DNA of 63,826 nucleotides, counting the filler, from Welwitschia mirabilis (Eukaryota): NCBI GenBank assembly GCA_051453625.1. It is 9 parts of one record of this genome, joined end to end, with 100 filler letters (N's around TTAATTAATTAA, not from the genome) between each part and the next. Parts side by side here need not be neighbours in the genome. Positions count along the whole stretch, not along the records: positions 29,593 to 53,137 come from JBOZIK010000001.1; 8 more parts are not named here. One strand, given 5' to 3'. This document shows positions 36,013-49,984 of this stretch, piece by piece. The stretch's first letter is position 1, and each line of letters starts with the position of its first letter. Both the position numbers and the translations under genes were made by a program. A model generated the notes under the pieces. That model did not search any database. It was not told the origin of the DNA and was given only the letters and a program-made list of their open reading frames with translations.

Positions 36013-38800
36013 TTGTTAGTGACTAGGAAACTAGTGCTTCCAAATGATGAGAATAACGTTCTTCCTAAAGACCTCTTTTCCCAAAAAGATAATGAAAACC
36101 AAGAGTTTGTAAACACATGGGATCATAACAAAAAAACTAAAACATCATGGAAATCTGGATCACAAATCCCAAAGAAAGATTATGATGATGATAGCTTGTT
36201 TAAATATGAAACAAATGACAAAGAACCACTAAAAATTCAACAACATAAAGATGAAAAACTGCCAATTCAATCGACTGAATTTAACATGCTTTGGGAGGCC
36301 ATTAATAACATTAAATAAGGCCTCTAAACCAATAAAAACTACCTAGACACAGAATTTAATGATATACTAATTCATTCTTCTGTTCATCACAAAATCATTT
36401 TGCCTAGTGAAATGCCCAATTTTGAAAAATTTACAGGAGTCAAAGACCCTATCATCCATGTTAGAAATTTTAAACACTCCTACTACATGTATAACATAGA
36501 ACAAAACACTACATGTCATTCATTTTATTAATCTCTTAAATGATAAGTTCTTGAATGGTACCATCCTTTGCTAACTCACTCTATCACAAGTCTAAAACAA
36601 CTATTTGAGATGTTTATATAACATTAGTCAATTAACATCATGAAGCAAATGACATTACATTCTTTAATGATAATGAAACAATAGTTCATTGAAACCATTC
36701 AACATTATGCTCAATGATGTAGAAACCCTCATTGCAAAGTTTGATATGGCATATATCTTTGATAAATCATGCATCCTATACATCTCTGAACATCTTAGAA
36801 TGTAAGCATTTAAAACATTTGAATAAGCTATGATGTTAGCAAGAAGAATTAAAGTTATAGGTAGAGAAAATGGTGCTATAAAATATGGTAGCACTTCACA
36901 AAGTGAATTGACAAGAAAAGACAATAATAATAAAAACAAAGAAAACAATTCAAATAATGTAGTTGTAGTTGATCAAACTTCTTAAATAGCTTAACCTTCC
37001 CAATTAAGCTATCTACTTCAACGAATCACTATTGAACCATAATCTCCTATTCTTCCACATGATTTTTTTCTTTTAACTAGCTGTAGGAAAACCTTATTAT
37101 CCACCTCCTCAACAACTACAAAGCTTTTAACAAATACAACTACCTCAACAACAAAAACTTCAACCATCTCAACAACAGTTCCAAAATTAATAATGAACAT
37201 ACCCAATTCAAAATCAAGATCAAAATTGGGCTCAAAATGAAAACACAATTTAGAGATCTAGGAGAAACTTCACTAGGTTAGAGATACCATTAACAAATAT
37301 TCTTATGATTTTACTACAAAAGGGAGAAATTCAACTACTTCAATTAGAGAGAAATATCCAAATGCATCAAAATGTAAGAGCTATGATAAGTCAAAGTACT
37401 ATGAATATTATAAGATCAAAGGACACCACACCAAAAACTATTTTAACTTAAAACACATTATCCAAGATATTATTAAAAATAAAAAGAACATTANNNNNNN
37501 NNNNNNNNNNNNNNNNNNNNNNNNNNNNNNNNNNNNNNNNNNNNNNNNNNNNNNNNNNNNNNNNNNNNNNNNNNNNNNNNNNNNNNNNNNNNNNNNNNNN
37601 NNNNNNNNNNNNNNNNNNNNNNNNNNNNNNNNNNNNNNNNNNNNNNNNNNNNNNNNNNNNNNNNNNNNNNNNNNNNNNNNNNNNNNNNNNNNNNNNNNNN
37701 NNNNNNNNNNNNNNNNNNNNNNNNNNNNNNNNNNNNNNNNNNNNNNNNNNNNNNNNNNNNNNNNNNNNNNNNNNNNNNNNNNNNNNNNNNNNNNNNNNNN
37801 NNNNNNNNNNNNNNNNNNNNNNNNNNNNNNNNNNNNNNNNNNNNNNNNNNNNNNNNNNNNNNNNNNNNNNNNNNNNNNNNNNNNNNNNNNNNNNNNNNNN
37901 NNNNNNNNNNNNNNNNNNNNNNNNNNNNNNNNNNNNNNNNNNNNNNNNNNNNNNNNNNNNNNNNNNNNNNNNNNNNNNNNNNNNNNNNNNNNNNNNNNNN
38001 NNNNNNNNNNNNNNNNNNNNNNNNACAACATAATGTGATAATTCAAGATGACAATGCTCCGTATGCAATTTAGATGATCCAAGATCAACCATCAAAATCA
38101 TTAAAATGAATAATATAAGAAAATAGATAAAAGATACAACGATTAGTCTAGATAGAAGATGCTTGAAGTTGATCCATCCCTCGACCAAATATTCAATCAC
38201 AATTGCATGCCTCTACAATAGAGAAAACATATAACTATCTCTCTTCATTAATCAAAAACTCTAAACCTCATAGATAAGCCTTTGAAAGATTATGTGAAGA
38301 ATGCTTAACATCGAAAATACCCCTAAAATAAGAACCTACTTCAAACCAAGTAGATGTTCAGAAAAATAATGAGGATCATGAAGTGATTCAATTTCAACTT
38401 GAAAGAAACTCATCCACTTATAGGAAAACAATAATCACTAAACCACCCTACATTTTAGTGAATATTGAATCTACTAAAGCAGCTATAATCTTTGTTGATT
38501 ATGGGGCTAAATTAAATGTCATTGGATCATCCTATCTAGATAAACTCAACTTGCAATATCTACTAAATTCAAAGAAAAGTATGATAATTAAATATTTCAA
38601 TGACTGTAAAGATAAATCCAAGATAATAGTCACTTTACTAGTAGATATGATTCAAAAGATTAAGGACATCGAATTCCATATGATTGATAATGCTACTACG
38701 TTTAATTTACTTTTAGGTCATCCTTGAATTATGGATACAGGGGCAATCATATTGTTATCTCACTAAAAGATCAAATTCATAAGATCAAAGATTAATACCA
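36013..38800 (+). pseudogene. Tat-type gag and protease
   Basis: MPNFEKFTGVKDPIIHVRNF, LEWYHPLLTHSITS, YYEYYKIKGHHTKNYF*LKHIIQDII, IFVDYGAKLNVI, FNLLLGHP*I. Confidence 0.85.
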
Positions 38801-40459
38801 CTAGAAAGAAATAATACAGTGGAAAATATCAAGGCATGATCTAAAGCATCTTCCTCATCATTATCTCGAATCCTAGAAAAGTGAATCATTTCATTTTTAC
38901 ACTTTGAACATAACCTTGTAAATCCTCATAAACTCAAGGTTTCACAAATTCTTAATACATAACTCTTGGATTTAGGATGGATTCCATTTCCATTTTATGA
39001 TTTTTCTATAAGTTCATAATCATTTTCTTCCACATAAATCTTCATAAAAAATAATTAAAAAAAATAAGAACATGTTTTTAACATTTCACCTTTTTTTAAC
39101 TTTGTAATCTTGAGTAGTCTATTCATGCTTCTTTTCTTAATTATAACTTTAATCACTACTTCTCATTTTAATCTTTATCTTTATAGGATGCTAAAATAGA
39201 AATACAATTAAAGTCACCATTACACGTTACTCTAGCTAGTAAACTTATCAAAAGTTACATCGATTTCAATTTTATCAATTTTAACTATAGTATATCTTTG
39301 AAAAAATCATCTATCTATCTAAATTAAGAATAAACAACTAAAAACAATAAAGCTTATGAAACAACGAAATCTCAAAATATGAAATCATTCTTAGAAAAAT
39401 AACAAGACATCAAAACATATGATTTTTAAGTAGAACCTAATGATCAAAAAATGTCACTCAAAATCAACCAATATTTATCATAGGTATTTAAATCAAAACT
39501 TGAAACTATGTTGTTATTCTAATAAAGACATATTCACTCAGCATTATAAGGATATGCTAGACATTGATAAGTTAATCATCACACATAACATTATTTTCAA
39601 AACGAATTTAACCCTAGTCAAATAATAGGTTAGAAAAANNNNNNNNNNNNNNNNNNNNNNNNNNNNNNNNNNNNNNNNNNNNNNNNNNNNNNNNNNNNNN
39701 NNNNNNNNNNNNNNNNNNNNNNNNNNNNNNNNNNNNNNATGGATATAGGGGCAATTATATCATTATCCCAACAAAAGTTCAAATTCATTAGATCGAAGGT
39801 CTCAGTGCCACTAAAAAGAAATCATTCAGTGGTAAATGTTAAGGCACAATTTCAAGCATCTTTTCCATCATTGCCTTAAATTCTAGAAAAGTAAATCATC
39901 CCATTCTTGTACTTTGAACACAATCTTAAAGATCCTCATAGACTCAAGGTTACACAAATTCCTAATGCACAACTCTTGGATTCNNNNNNNNNNAAAAAAT
40001 TAATAGGATCATGTTTTCTACATTTCATCTTTTTCAATTATATAGTCTTAAGTAGTCTATTCATGCTTTCTTTCTTGCTCAAAAATTTAATTACTAGTTT
40101 TCATTTTGATCTTTATCTTTATAGGGTGCCAAAATGAAAAACAAATTGAAGTCATCCTTACATGTTACTAGTTGATCAACTTATTGAAAGGTATGTTGAT
40201 TTTAATTTTATCAATTTTAACTACAATAGATCTTTGAAAGAACCATCTATCTATTTGAATGAAGAATAAGTGGCTAAAAAAACTAAAGCTTATGAAATAA
40301 TAAAATCTTAAAATATGAAATCGTCGTTAGGAAAATAACAAGACATCAAAACTTATGATTTTTAAGTAAATCCTAATGATCAAGAAAAGTTTCTCAAAAT
40401 CAACCAACATTTATTATAAGAAGTTAAATCAGAACTCGAATTGTGTATTATCTAACAAA

Positions 40460-43400
40460 AACACATTCACTTGGCATTACAAGGATATGCTAGGTATTGA
40501 CAAGTTAATTATCATGCATAACATTATTTTAAAACTGAATTCAACCCCCTTAAAATAGAAGATTAGAAAACTTAATCCTCACCTTACATTGGTGGTAAAA
40601 GAAGACTTAGAACATCTTCTAACTATAGGATTCATTAGATCAGTTGACTACTCAGACTGATTATCAAACATGGTAGTTGTTTTAAAGAGGAATGCTCAAA
40701 TTAGAATTTTTATCGATTATCAAGACTTGAATAAGGTAACTCTAAAAGATGATTACCTTTTACTGAACATTCAAATTCTAGTAGGTAATATAGCTGGATA
40801 TGACCTTCTATCCTTTATAGATGTTTATTCAGATTATAACTAGATATTTATCAATCTTAAAGATCATTACAAAACTACCTTTATAACACCTTGGGTACTT
40901 TTTTATTATGTTATAATTCCTTTTGGACTAAAGAATGCTAGTGTAACATACCAACGAGTGATGATATACATATTTTACAACTTGATACATTACAATGTAA
41001 AAGATTATGTTGACGACATTGTAGTAAAATCAAAGATAGTAGATAATCATCCAACCAATTTGAGGCAATTATTCAAGTAATCAAGATGATTCGATTTATG
41101 ATTCAACCCAAAAAAATGTGTTTTAAGCCTATCATCAAGAAAACTTTTATATTTTATGGTTTCAAAAAAGATTAAAGAAATAACTAATATATCACAACCC
41201 TAAAACTTGAAACAATTACATAGTATTAAAGGTAGACTACAAGTTAGACATTGATTCATCTCAACTTTAATGGATTGATGTAAACCTTTTATGCATCTAC
41301 TCAAGAAAGACAACCAATTGAAATGGGATGAAATTTATCAAAAGGCTTTCGATAAGATCAAGGAATACTTAACATCCACCACTGTCTTAAGTTCGCCTAG
41401 GCCTAATTAACCCTTTTACCTTTACCTTGTGTATACACCATTATTACTTAATGTAATGATTTTTCAATGATATGAATTATACTGAAATCACTTGATTTAC
41501 TACATTAGTAGAATACTTCATTAGTATGAGAAAAATTACACTAAATTAGAATACTTCATTAGTATGAGAAAAATTACACTAAATCAGAAAAAACATGTTT
41601 GAGTTTAGTCTTCACTTCATAGAGATTTTGCCATTATATGGTGACAAATAAAATAATGATGATCAATAATCAGAATCTACTCAAACATTTATTTGAATAG
41701 TTTATTAAAAGTACTCATCTAATCAATTCTCACTGAGTTTGATTTGGAGTTTCAATCCCAAAAATCTATCAAGGGTAAATGCATAGTTGAACATATAGCA
41801 GACCTACCTATAGAAATTGAAGGTGAAATATTAGATGAATTTGAATAATTTTCAGATGAAGAGATTCACTTTGTCAAAATTAAAAAGAAATGTAATGTGT
41901 TAATGTTCTTTAATGGTGCATCAAATAGAAAACAGTGATTTTATAAGAGTATTTTTTTTTAAATAAAAAAATGAATTTACCATTCCCCTTTAAGTTGAAT
42001 TTCCCTTGCACAAATAACATTGCTAAATATGAAGCTTTATCAAGAGGAATAATCCTTTCTATTTAAGTTGGTTTCAAGAGCTTACGTATTTTTAGTGATT
42101 CATAGTTAGTGGTTAACTAAGTGTTAGGTAAATATGAAGCGAGATCAAAAGTTTTAGACCTTTACCTTAAAAAGTTAAAAAGGTTGCTTTCTACATTTAA
42201 CCATTGTGAAATCCTAGCCATACTAATAAGTGAAAATCAATTGTTAATTACTTTGCAATCTTTGCTCAAACTTATTTTAAAAATCTGTCATTCAAAGAAT
42301 TTATCACATGTGTATATGTAAATCGAATGTTTTAGATGAATGACCAATGGTAGCTTATTTGGAATTATCACAAGATGAGGTAAACCAAATAATAAAGGAT
42401 TCTAAAATAATCGATGAATGGTATGACACACTTGTAAATTACCTCACTAATCAAAATCTACTAGAAAATTTTACCTCTATATAAAGACAAAATTTTCATG
42501 ATTAGGCTACATAGTTTACCATGATTCAAAGCCAACTGTACAAGAAGTCAAATGATGGCATCTTACTTAGATTCTTAAAGTTAGGTGAAGAAGCCTATAC
42601 TTTAAAAGAAACATATGCTAGTTTGTGTGATCCCCATTAGGGAGCAAAATCATTACTAATTCATGTTTTAAGATCTAGTTACTTCTGGAAAACCATGAGT
42701 CATGATTGTTTCAGCATGATAATAACCTATCACACTTATAAAATTTTTCCACTTAGGATACATCAACTACCTACTAAATGTTTTCTATCTGATCAGATTT
42801 AAATATTTAGAAAATGGGGTATGGATCTAATTGGTCCAATTACACTGACTTCATCTAAACGACATGCTTACATTATTACTGTAACTAAATATTTTTTAAA
42901 ATGAGTAGAAGTAGTATCTTTACATTAAATAACTACAAAAAAATTCAAAAATTCATCATGGATCACATTATTGCTAGATTAAGTACTCCTTACATTAGTG
43001 TTAGCAATAATAGTCCACAATTCAAATCTATTGAGTTGAAAAATTTCTTGATTAAGTTTGGAATAAAGCATTCCTTTTTCACCCCATGTTATCCTCAAGC
43101 GAATGGTTAAGATAAAGCCAGAATAAAGTAATCATAAACTACCTCAAGAAGTTATTACAGGAAAATTCCAAATCATGACATGAAAAATTACCTTTTGCAT
43201 TATGGGTTTATCATATCTCAGTAAAATGTGCCACAGGAATAACCCATTCTAGTTAATTTATAGTGTTGAGGTAATTTTGCTAAACCAAATCCAAATTCCT
43301 ACACTAAGGACCTTAGTCAAAGATCTCAAATTGTTTAACATTTAAAGGGAAGCATGACTCACCTAGTTAGAAACTCTAGACGAATAAAGGATAAAAGCAC

Positions 43401-43655
43401 TATAACATATGCAACTTTATCAAAAATGAGTGAGTGATGCTTACATCAAATATGTTAACCCATAATCTTACAATATAAGTGAACCTGTCTTAAAAGTAAA
43501 CTTAACTAATAAAATTCAAAATTTTTACCAAATTGATTAGAGCCCTTTATCATATCATAAAAATTTGATAAATGAAGATACAAACTCAAATGTTTGAATA
43601 ACATCAAAGATAAAGAGCCAATAAACTTATTTTACCTTTAACCATACTATCAGTA
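40460..43655 (+). pseudogene. Tat-type RT, RNase H, archaeal-type RNase H, integrase
   Basis: FTWHYKDMLGID, PFGLKNA, YVDD (41006-41017), aRH MFFNGASN/CTNNIAKYEAL/FSDS*LVVN, WGMDLIGPI, TPCYPQANG. Confidence 0.92.
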
Positions 43656-45219
43656 AAACTCATAATTCACATCCCTTTTACTGTATTTTCACTACTGGTT
43701 TTATGCATTTGTTGTTACCATTTCGTCCATGATAAAATGAGATGCATCCATATGACTAATGGTTATCTAGAATAGCATTTTCTTATATATTATACAGGTT
43801 TCACATTTTTCTTGTTTATTTGAGTTTTATAGATCATAACCGATCATATACTTTAACTTTTAATATAGTTACACGTTGATAATTTTCTTACACCACCTGC
43901 ACCTGGTAGATGTCACCTCATTCCTTATCAAGCTTCTCTGATTGACATATCATTCCACAAGGCTCCCCCTATAGAAGATGACAAATATGACAATGATATA
44001 TACCATATCGACCCTCGCTATGACAGCACCTATTTGCCACTTTCTATAACTCATGCCTTTGCACAAATCATTTTATACTACCTTGTTATGAAAAAAATCT
44101 ATTATTCCACCTAAGAATAGCATGTTTTACCTACTTATTCCCTTTCCTTAATAATTTTTCATGTAATTCTTAATTTCTACTTTGCATTCAATCCTTCTTG
44201 AACTTATCAATGATATTTTTCTTAAGTTAATACATCTCATTTCATTGCATTATATCTGGGTATATTTTTATAATAAGTTAATTGTTAAGTGATCAAGGTT
44301 TTATTTTACAAAGAAATGTATTTTGAATGATTTCTTTAAGTTCTTAATTCAGATGCTAAAAAATAACTTAGTGTTAGTGGATAATAGCTGAGATTACATT
44401 AATGATCATCGTAATACTCTTGACATGATAGAAGCAATTGAGTAGGAAGACTCTTTTAATTGAGAGTTGATTCTTCCTTTCATCTTTACCTAAATGACTC
44501 CTTAGCAGAGTTTCTTCATTAAAGTCATTTCTTTGTTTGATCATCGATTTTGTTTNNNNNNNNNNNNNNNNNNNNNNNNNNNNNNNNNNNNNNNNNNNNN
44601 NNNNNNNNNNNNNNNNNNNNNNNNNNNNNNNNNNNNNNNNNNNNNNNNNNNNNNNATCTTGAATTATCTAATATTGAAAGAAAAGCATGACTTACCCAGT
44701 TAGAAACTCTAGACGAATAAAGAATAAAAGTGCTACAACATACACAACTTTATCAAAAATGAATGAGTGATGCATACAACAAGCATATCAATCCATGATC
44801 TTACAACATAGATGAACCTGTCTTAAAAGCAAACTTAATCAAGAAAACTTCAAAATTTTTACCAAATTAGTTAGGACTGTTTATCATGTCACAAAAATTT
44901 AACAAAGGATCATACAAACTCAAAGGTCTGAATGACATCAAAGATAAAGAACTAATAAATTCATTTTACCTTTACCCATACTATTGGTAAAACTCATAAT
45001 TCACATCTCTTTACTACATTTTCACTATTGGTTTCATACATTTATTGTTATCATTTCATTCATGATAAAATGTAATGCATCTATATAACTATTAGTTATC
45101 CAGAATAATATTTTTTTATATATTATACAGGTTTTACATTTTCCTTATTTATTTGAGTTTTACAGATCATGACCGATCATATACTTTAACTTTTGGCATG
45201 GTTACATGTTGATAATCCT

Positions 45220-46602
45220 TATTGCAGTGTGTATTTGTGCCATAGTTCACGTTTCAATCTCAATCCTATTAATTATCAATAAGATGCAAAATACAACACA
45301 CTAGTATAGACGGAGTGATCCAAATGTCATAATTGCGTCGAAGGCCAAGGGTATGGACAATAAAGAGTTGATTTCAAAATGAAATGAGTAACTTTAATCT
45401 ATTAATTTAAATTGCAATGCATGAAATAGAATAACGATGTAAGACTAATTTATGAAAGTAAATAGCAAGGCACCTAATTTTATTTAGCTNNNNNNNNNNN
45501 NNNNNNNNNNNNNNNNNNNNNNNNNNNNNNNNNNNNNNNNNNNNNNNNNNNNNNNNNNNNNNNNNNNNNNNNNNNNNNNNNNNNNNNNNNNNNNNNNNNN
45601 NNNNNNNNNNNNNNNNNNNNNNNNNNNNNNNNNNNNNNNNNNNNNNNNNNNNNNNNNNNNNNNNNNNNNNNNNNNNNNNNNNNNNNNNNNNNNNNNNNNN
45701 NNNNNNNNNNNNNNNNNNNNNNNNNNNNNNNNNNNNNNNNNNNNNNNNNNNNNNNNNNNNNNNNNNNNNNNNNNNNNNNNNNNNNNNNNNNNNNNNNNNN
45801 NNNNNNNNNNNNNNNNNNNNNNNNNNNNNNNNNNNNNNNNNNNNNNNNNNNNNNNNNNNNNNNNNNNNNNNNNNNNNNNNNNNNNNNNNNNNNNNNNNNN
45901 NNNNNNNNNNNNNNNNNNNNNNNNNNNNNNNNNNNNNNNNNNNNNNNNNNNNNNNNNNNNNNNNNNNNNNNNNNNNNNNNNNNNNNNNNNNNNNNNNNNN
46001 NNNNNNNNNNNNNNNNNNNNNNNNNNNNNNNNNNNNNNNNNNNNNNNNNNNNNNNNNNNNNNNNNNNNNNNNNNNNNNNNNNNNNNNNNNNNNNNNNNNN
46101 NNNNGGTGAAAAGGGAAAAGAGACTAGCAGAAAAGCATAACATAAACTATAGCTAACAGGAAAGGGAAAGTCATAAATAACAAGCGATAACTTGGGAATA
46201 CAATCTGTGAAAGTGTAAGAGGGGAGTGTCGTCCATGTGGTCATCTGGACGATGAAGGAAATGATAAGATTTTACAATGAGATATCTTAGTTTACTTCCA
46301 CTTCATCTATTTGTGATCTTCATGCAAACTGTTGTTGACTGGTTCTAAAGATGTCATTCACTAGTGTCATTTGGATGATGAAGTGGACAATGGACTCTGA
46401 TAGAAAGATGTTCACTTCAACTGCAATTCATCTGAAAATAAGTGTGTCTTCTATCGAATTAAGGTTATTATCCTGAATGTTGTTTGGATGACGTAGGGGA
46501 TGACAGTCTTCTACTCATCCTTTGTGAGTGTGATATTTGATTGTTTGCAGGAATAATCATCTGAAAATACAATTTATCTATATCTATATGAAATCTTCAT
46601 GA
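45220..46602 (-). repeat. Family C LTR (probable solo LTR) nested in the Tat 3' region
   Basis: Starts TATTGCAGTGTGTATTTG. Tat sequence resumes at 47398, matching about 43985. The other end is in a gap. Confidence 0.78.
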
Positions 46603-48774
46603 ANNNNNNNNNNNNNNNNNNNNNNNNNNNNNNNNNNNNNNNNNNNNNNNNNNNNNNNNNNNNNNNNNNNNNNNNNNNNNNNNNNNNNNNNNNNNNNNNN
46701 NNNNNNNNNNNNNNNNNNNNNNNNNNNNNNNNNNNNNNNNNNNNNNNNNNNNNNNNNNNNNNNNNNNNNNNNNNNNNNNNNNNNNNNNNNNNNNNNNNNN
46801 NNNNNNNNNNNNNNNNNNNNNNNNNNNNNNNNNNNNNNNNNNNNNNNNNNNNNNNNNNNNNNNNNNNNNNNNNNNNNNNNNNNNNNNNNNNNNNNNNNNN
46901 NNNNNNNNNNNNNNNNNNNNNNNNNNNNNNNNNNNNNNNNNNNNNNNNNNNNNNNNNNNNNNNNNNNNNNNNNNNNNNNNNNNNNNNNNNNNNNNNNNNN
47001 NNNNNNNNNNNNNNNNNNNNNNNNNNNNNNNNNNNNNNNNNNNNNNNNNNNNNNNNNNNNNNNNNNNNNNNNNNNNNNNNNNNNNNNNNNNNNNNNNNNN
47101 NNNNNNNNNNNNNNNNNNNNNNNNNNNNNNNNNNNNNNNNNNNNNNNNNNNNNNNNNNNNNNNNNNNNNNNNNNNNNNNNNNNNNNNNNNNNNNNNNNNN
47201 NNNNNNNNNNNNNNNNNNNNNNNNNNNNNNNNNNNNNNNNNNNNNNNNNNNNNNNNNNNNNNNNNNNNNNNNNNNNNNNNNNNNNNNNNNNNNNNNNNNN
47301 NNNNNNNNNNNNNNNNNNNNNNNNNNNNNNNNNNNNNNNNNNNNNNNNNNNNNNNNNNNNNNNNNNNNNNNNNNNNNNNNNNNNNNNNNNNNNNNNNATG
47401 ATCATGATATATATCATACTTACCCTCACTATGATACCAGCTATTCGTCCCTTTCTATAACTCATGCCTTTGCACAAATCATTTTATGCTACCTTATTAT
47501 GTAAAATATCCATTCTTCCACCTCATAATAGCATGGTTTACATGCTCATTTCCTTTTCTTCAATAATTTATCATATAGTTGTTAATTTCTACTTTGCATT
47601 CAATCCTTCTTGAACTTGTCAATGATACTTATTCTTGAATTAATTCATCTTATTTCATTGCATTATGTCTAGGTACATTTTTATAATAACTTAACTGTTA
47701 AGTGGTCAAAGTTTTATCTTATAGAGGAATGCAATTTAAATGACTTTGTTGAGATTTCTAATTTAAATGCTAAAAAAGAACTTAATGTTAATGAACAATA
47801 AATAAGGTTTTTTTAATGATTATCATAATACTCTTAACATGATAGAAGTGATTAAATAGGAAGACCCTTTTGATCAAGAGGTAACTCTTTCCTTCATCTT
47901 CACCCAAATGACTGCCTACCAACATTTCTCGATTAACGTCATTTCTTTATTTTATTGTCGACTTCATTTGGTCCTATGATAAATTTCATTTGAGTTTTCA
48001 TGAAAGTAGTTTTTCTACTTTAGGATATTTATAGTGATAAGATTGGATTTCACCCACTCTTAATACATTTGTACATCTATGACATTCGGTGCCTTATATT
48101 CTTTTGTCCTAGTATCAATTTTTGTTAAATCTGATACTTATTTTTAGTAGTAAATATTATGATTTACCATATTATTAATCAATCAATGTTTAAAAATAAG
48201 GAATTTAAGTTAATTGATAAAATACCAATATCATGCACAAAAAAAAATTGTGAGGTCCTATCGCAAGTGCACCAGGGCAAATATTCCCAAGAGGGGCCTC
48301 TGGTAGTATGATATGATAGCTATGGAAACTCCACCATGGCATCAGTTAATCATGATCTAGCTTTAGCTTGTAGATCCTTATTCTCTTGGTAGTGGTTATG
48401 CTTCCCTCATCATGGTAGATGATGCTTCTAAAAATTCCATTAACTTGATTTTCCATGACTATGAAGCTATGACTTTATGAACATGTAGAACATATTGATC
48501 ATTGATTAGTAAGTTGTCTAAATCTTATTTACTATTACAGCTGATGATTCAATTGAGTAATAATCCTTCCATCATATTGATACTTCATAGAATGACTATA
48601 GACATCATCATAATTATTGTCCTAGTCACGTAATACTCTGTGTTGTATATCATTGAACCATTGTTAATTACATCAAATAATTTCATGATTCATACCAATA
48701 GACATTGCTATGGTAATATTTAAAGATCTTTAACCAATCTTCTTTAGGTCTCTATTTGTCCATTTCCACCCAGT

Positions 48775-49984
48775 TGTTTTGGTGAAAATTTATACAATGT
48801 TTCACACCTTGATTTAAATCCTATTAATATAAATAAGATACACAAATATAGCATGCTAGTATAGTTGAAGTGATCCGAATGTCATAATTCTATCAAAGGC
48901 TAATAGTATGGATAGTAAAGAGTTGATTTCAAAAAAGAAATATGTAACTCTAATCTATTGAAATAAATTACAGTGCATGAAATTAAAATAATGATGCAAA
49001 ACTAATCTATACAAAGAAACAATGATTCACCTAATCTAATTAAGCTTAACCTTGACAAAGAATGCCCTCATAATATATATAATCAAAGAAACCTATCATG
49101 AATCTTAAACAATATAAACAATGAGGGATAAGTTCCTGCAATTATTAACAAAAAGGACAATTCATATTAAAAGTATAAAAGACATCTATATTACAAAGTA
49201 GTCATTCCTTAATGTAGGATACACTGTCCAACACCAAAGTAACGTCTCTCTGGATTATAAGATGGTTTTTCGATCCCAAGATCTCTTGTCACGAGAATGT
49301 CAGGTACTGTCGAAGATGATTAGGGATCAAGGAGAAGACCTTTATTTATAGACAGAAAGGGAAAGGCAAATGAAAAAAAGTAAAGGAGAAACCCTAGATG
49401 ATATGTAAAATAAAGTCACAATAAAGAGGCAACAACTCGAAAAAACATTCTGTAAAACTATGGAAGAACAGTGTCCTCTTGATGGTTGTCTGGACGAAGG
49501 AGGAGAGGATGAGGATTCATAATTGGAACTCTAGTTCTGCTTCAATTTATCTGCCTGTCGGGCTACATGTGAAGTGCTGTTGACTAGTTTTGGATATGTC
49601 GTCCACTAGTGACATCTGGATGATCATGTGAACGATGATGTTTGATAGAAAGATCTTCAGTTTAACTGGGAGTTATCTCAAAAGAACTCTATTTATTTCT
49701 CAATTGGAGTTATTGTCCTGACTATCATGTGGAGGATGTGGTGGGCGACAGTTATTTCATGATCTTTAGTCAATGTAATTGATTTGTTATATGCAAGAAT
49801 CATTATCCAAAATGATACTTGTCTATATCTACATGAAATGCCTGTGAATTATTTGATAATTACATGTTTTCGTCTTGTGCTCCTTGATTTTTGATTGTCA
49901 TAAGAACTAAGCAATTATCTATTAATTCATCTGCAAAACAACTCAAAATATCCTATCAAATACACATAAGTTAGTGTCGTAACA
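48775..49984 (-). repeat. 3' LTR, family B (complete, 1210 bp), with PPT at 49985-50003
   Basis: TGTT...GTAACA followed by TAGCCCCCCACTTAGCC. Confidence 0.9.

Larger units (their letters stand above)
33987..48774 (+). mobile_element. Tat-lineage (Ogre/Retand-like) Ty3/gypsy element; 3' LTR not seen
   Basis: Putative LTR and PBS, then gag, PR, non-coding spacer, RT, RH, aRH, INT and a long 3' UTR. Interrupted at 45220 and 48775. Paralogous repeats at 39739-40560 and 44656-45219. Confidence 0.85.

Noticed and set aside
38960-38990. G-patch domain after the Tat protease
   Set aside because: Only an LGF/GLG-like fragment is present, which is insufficient.
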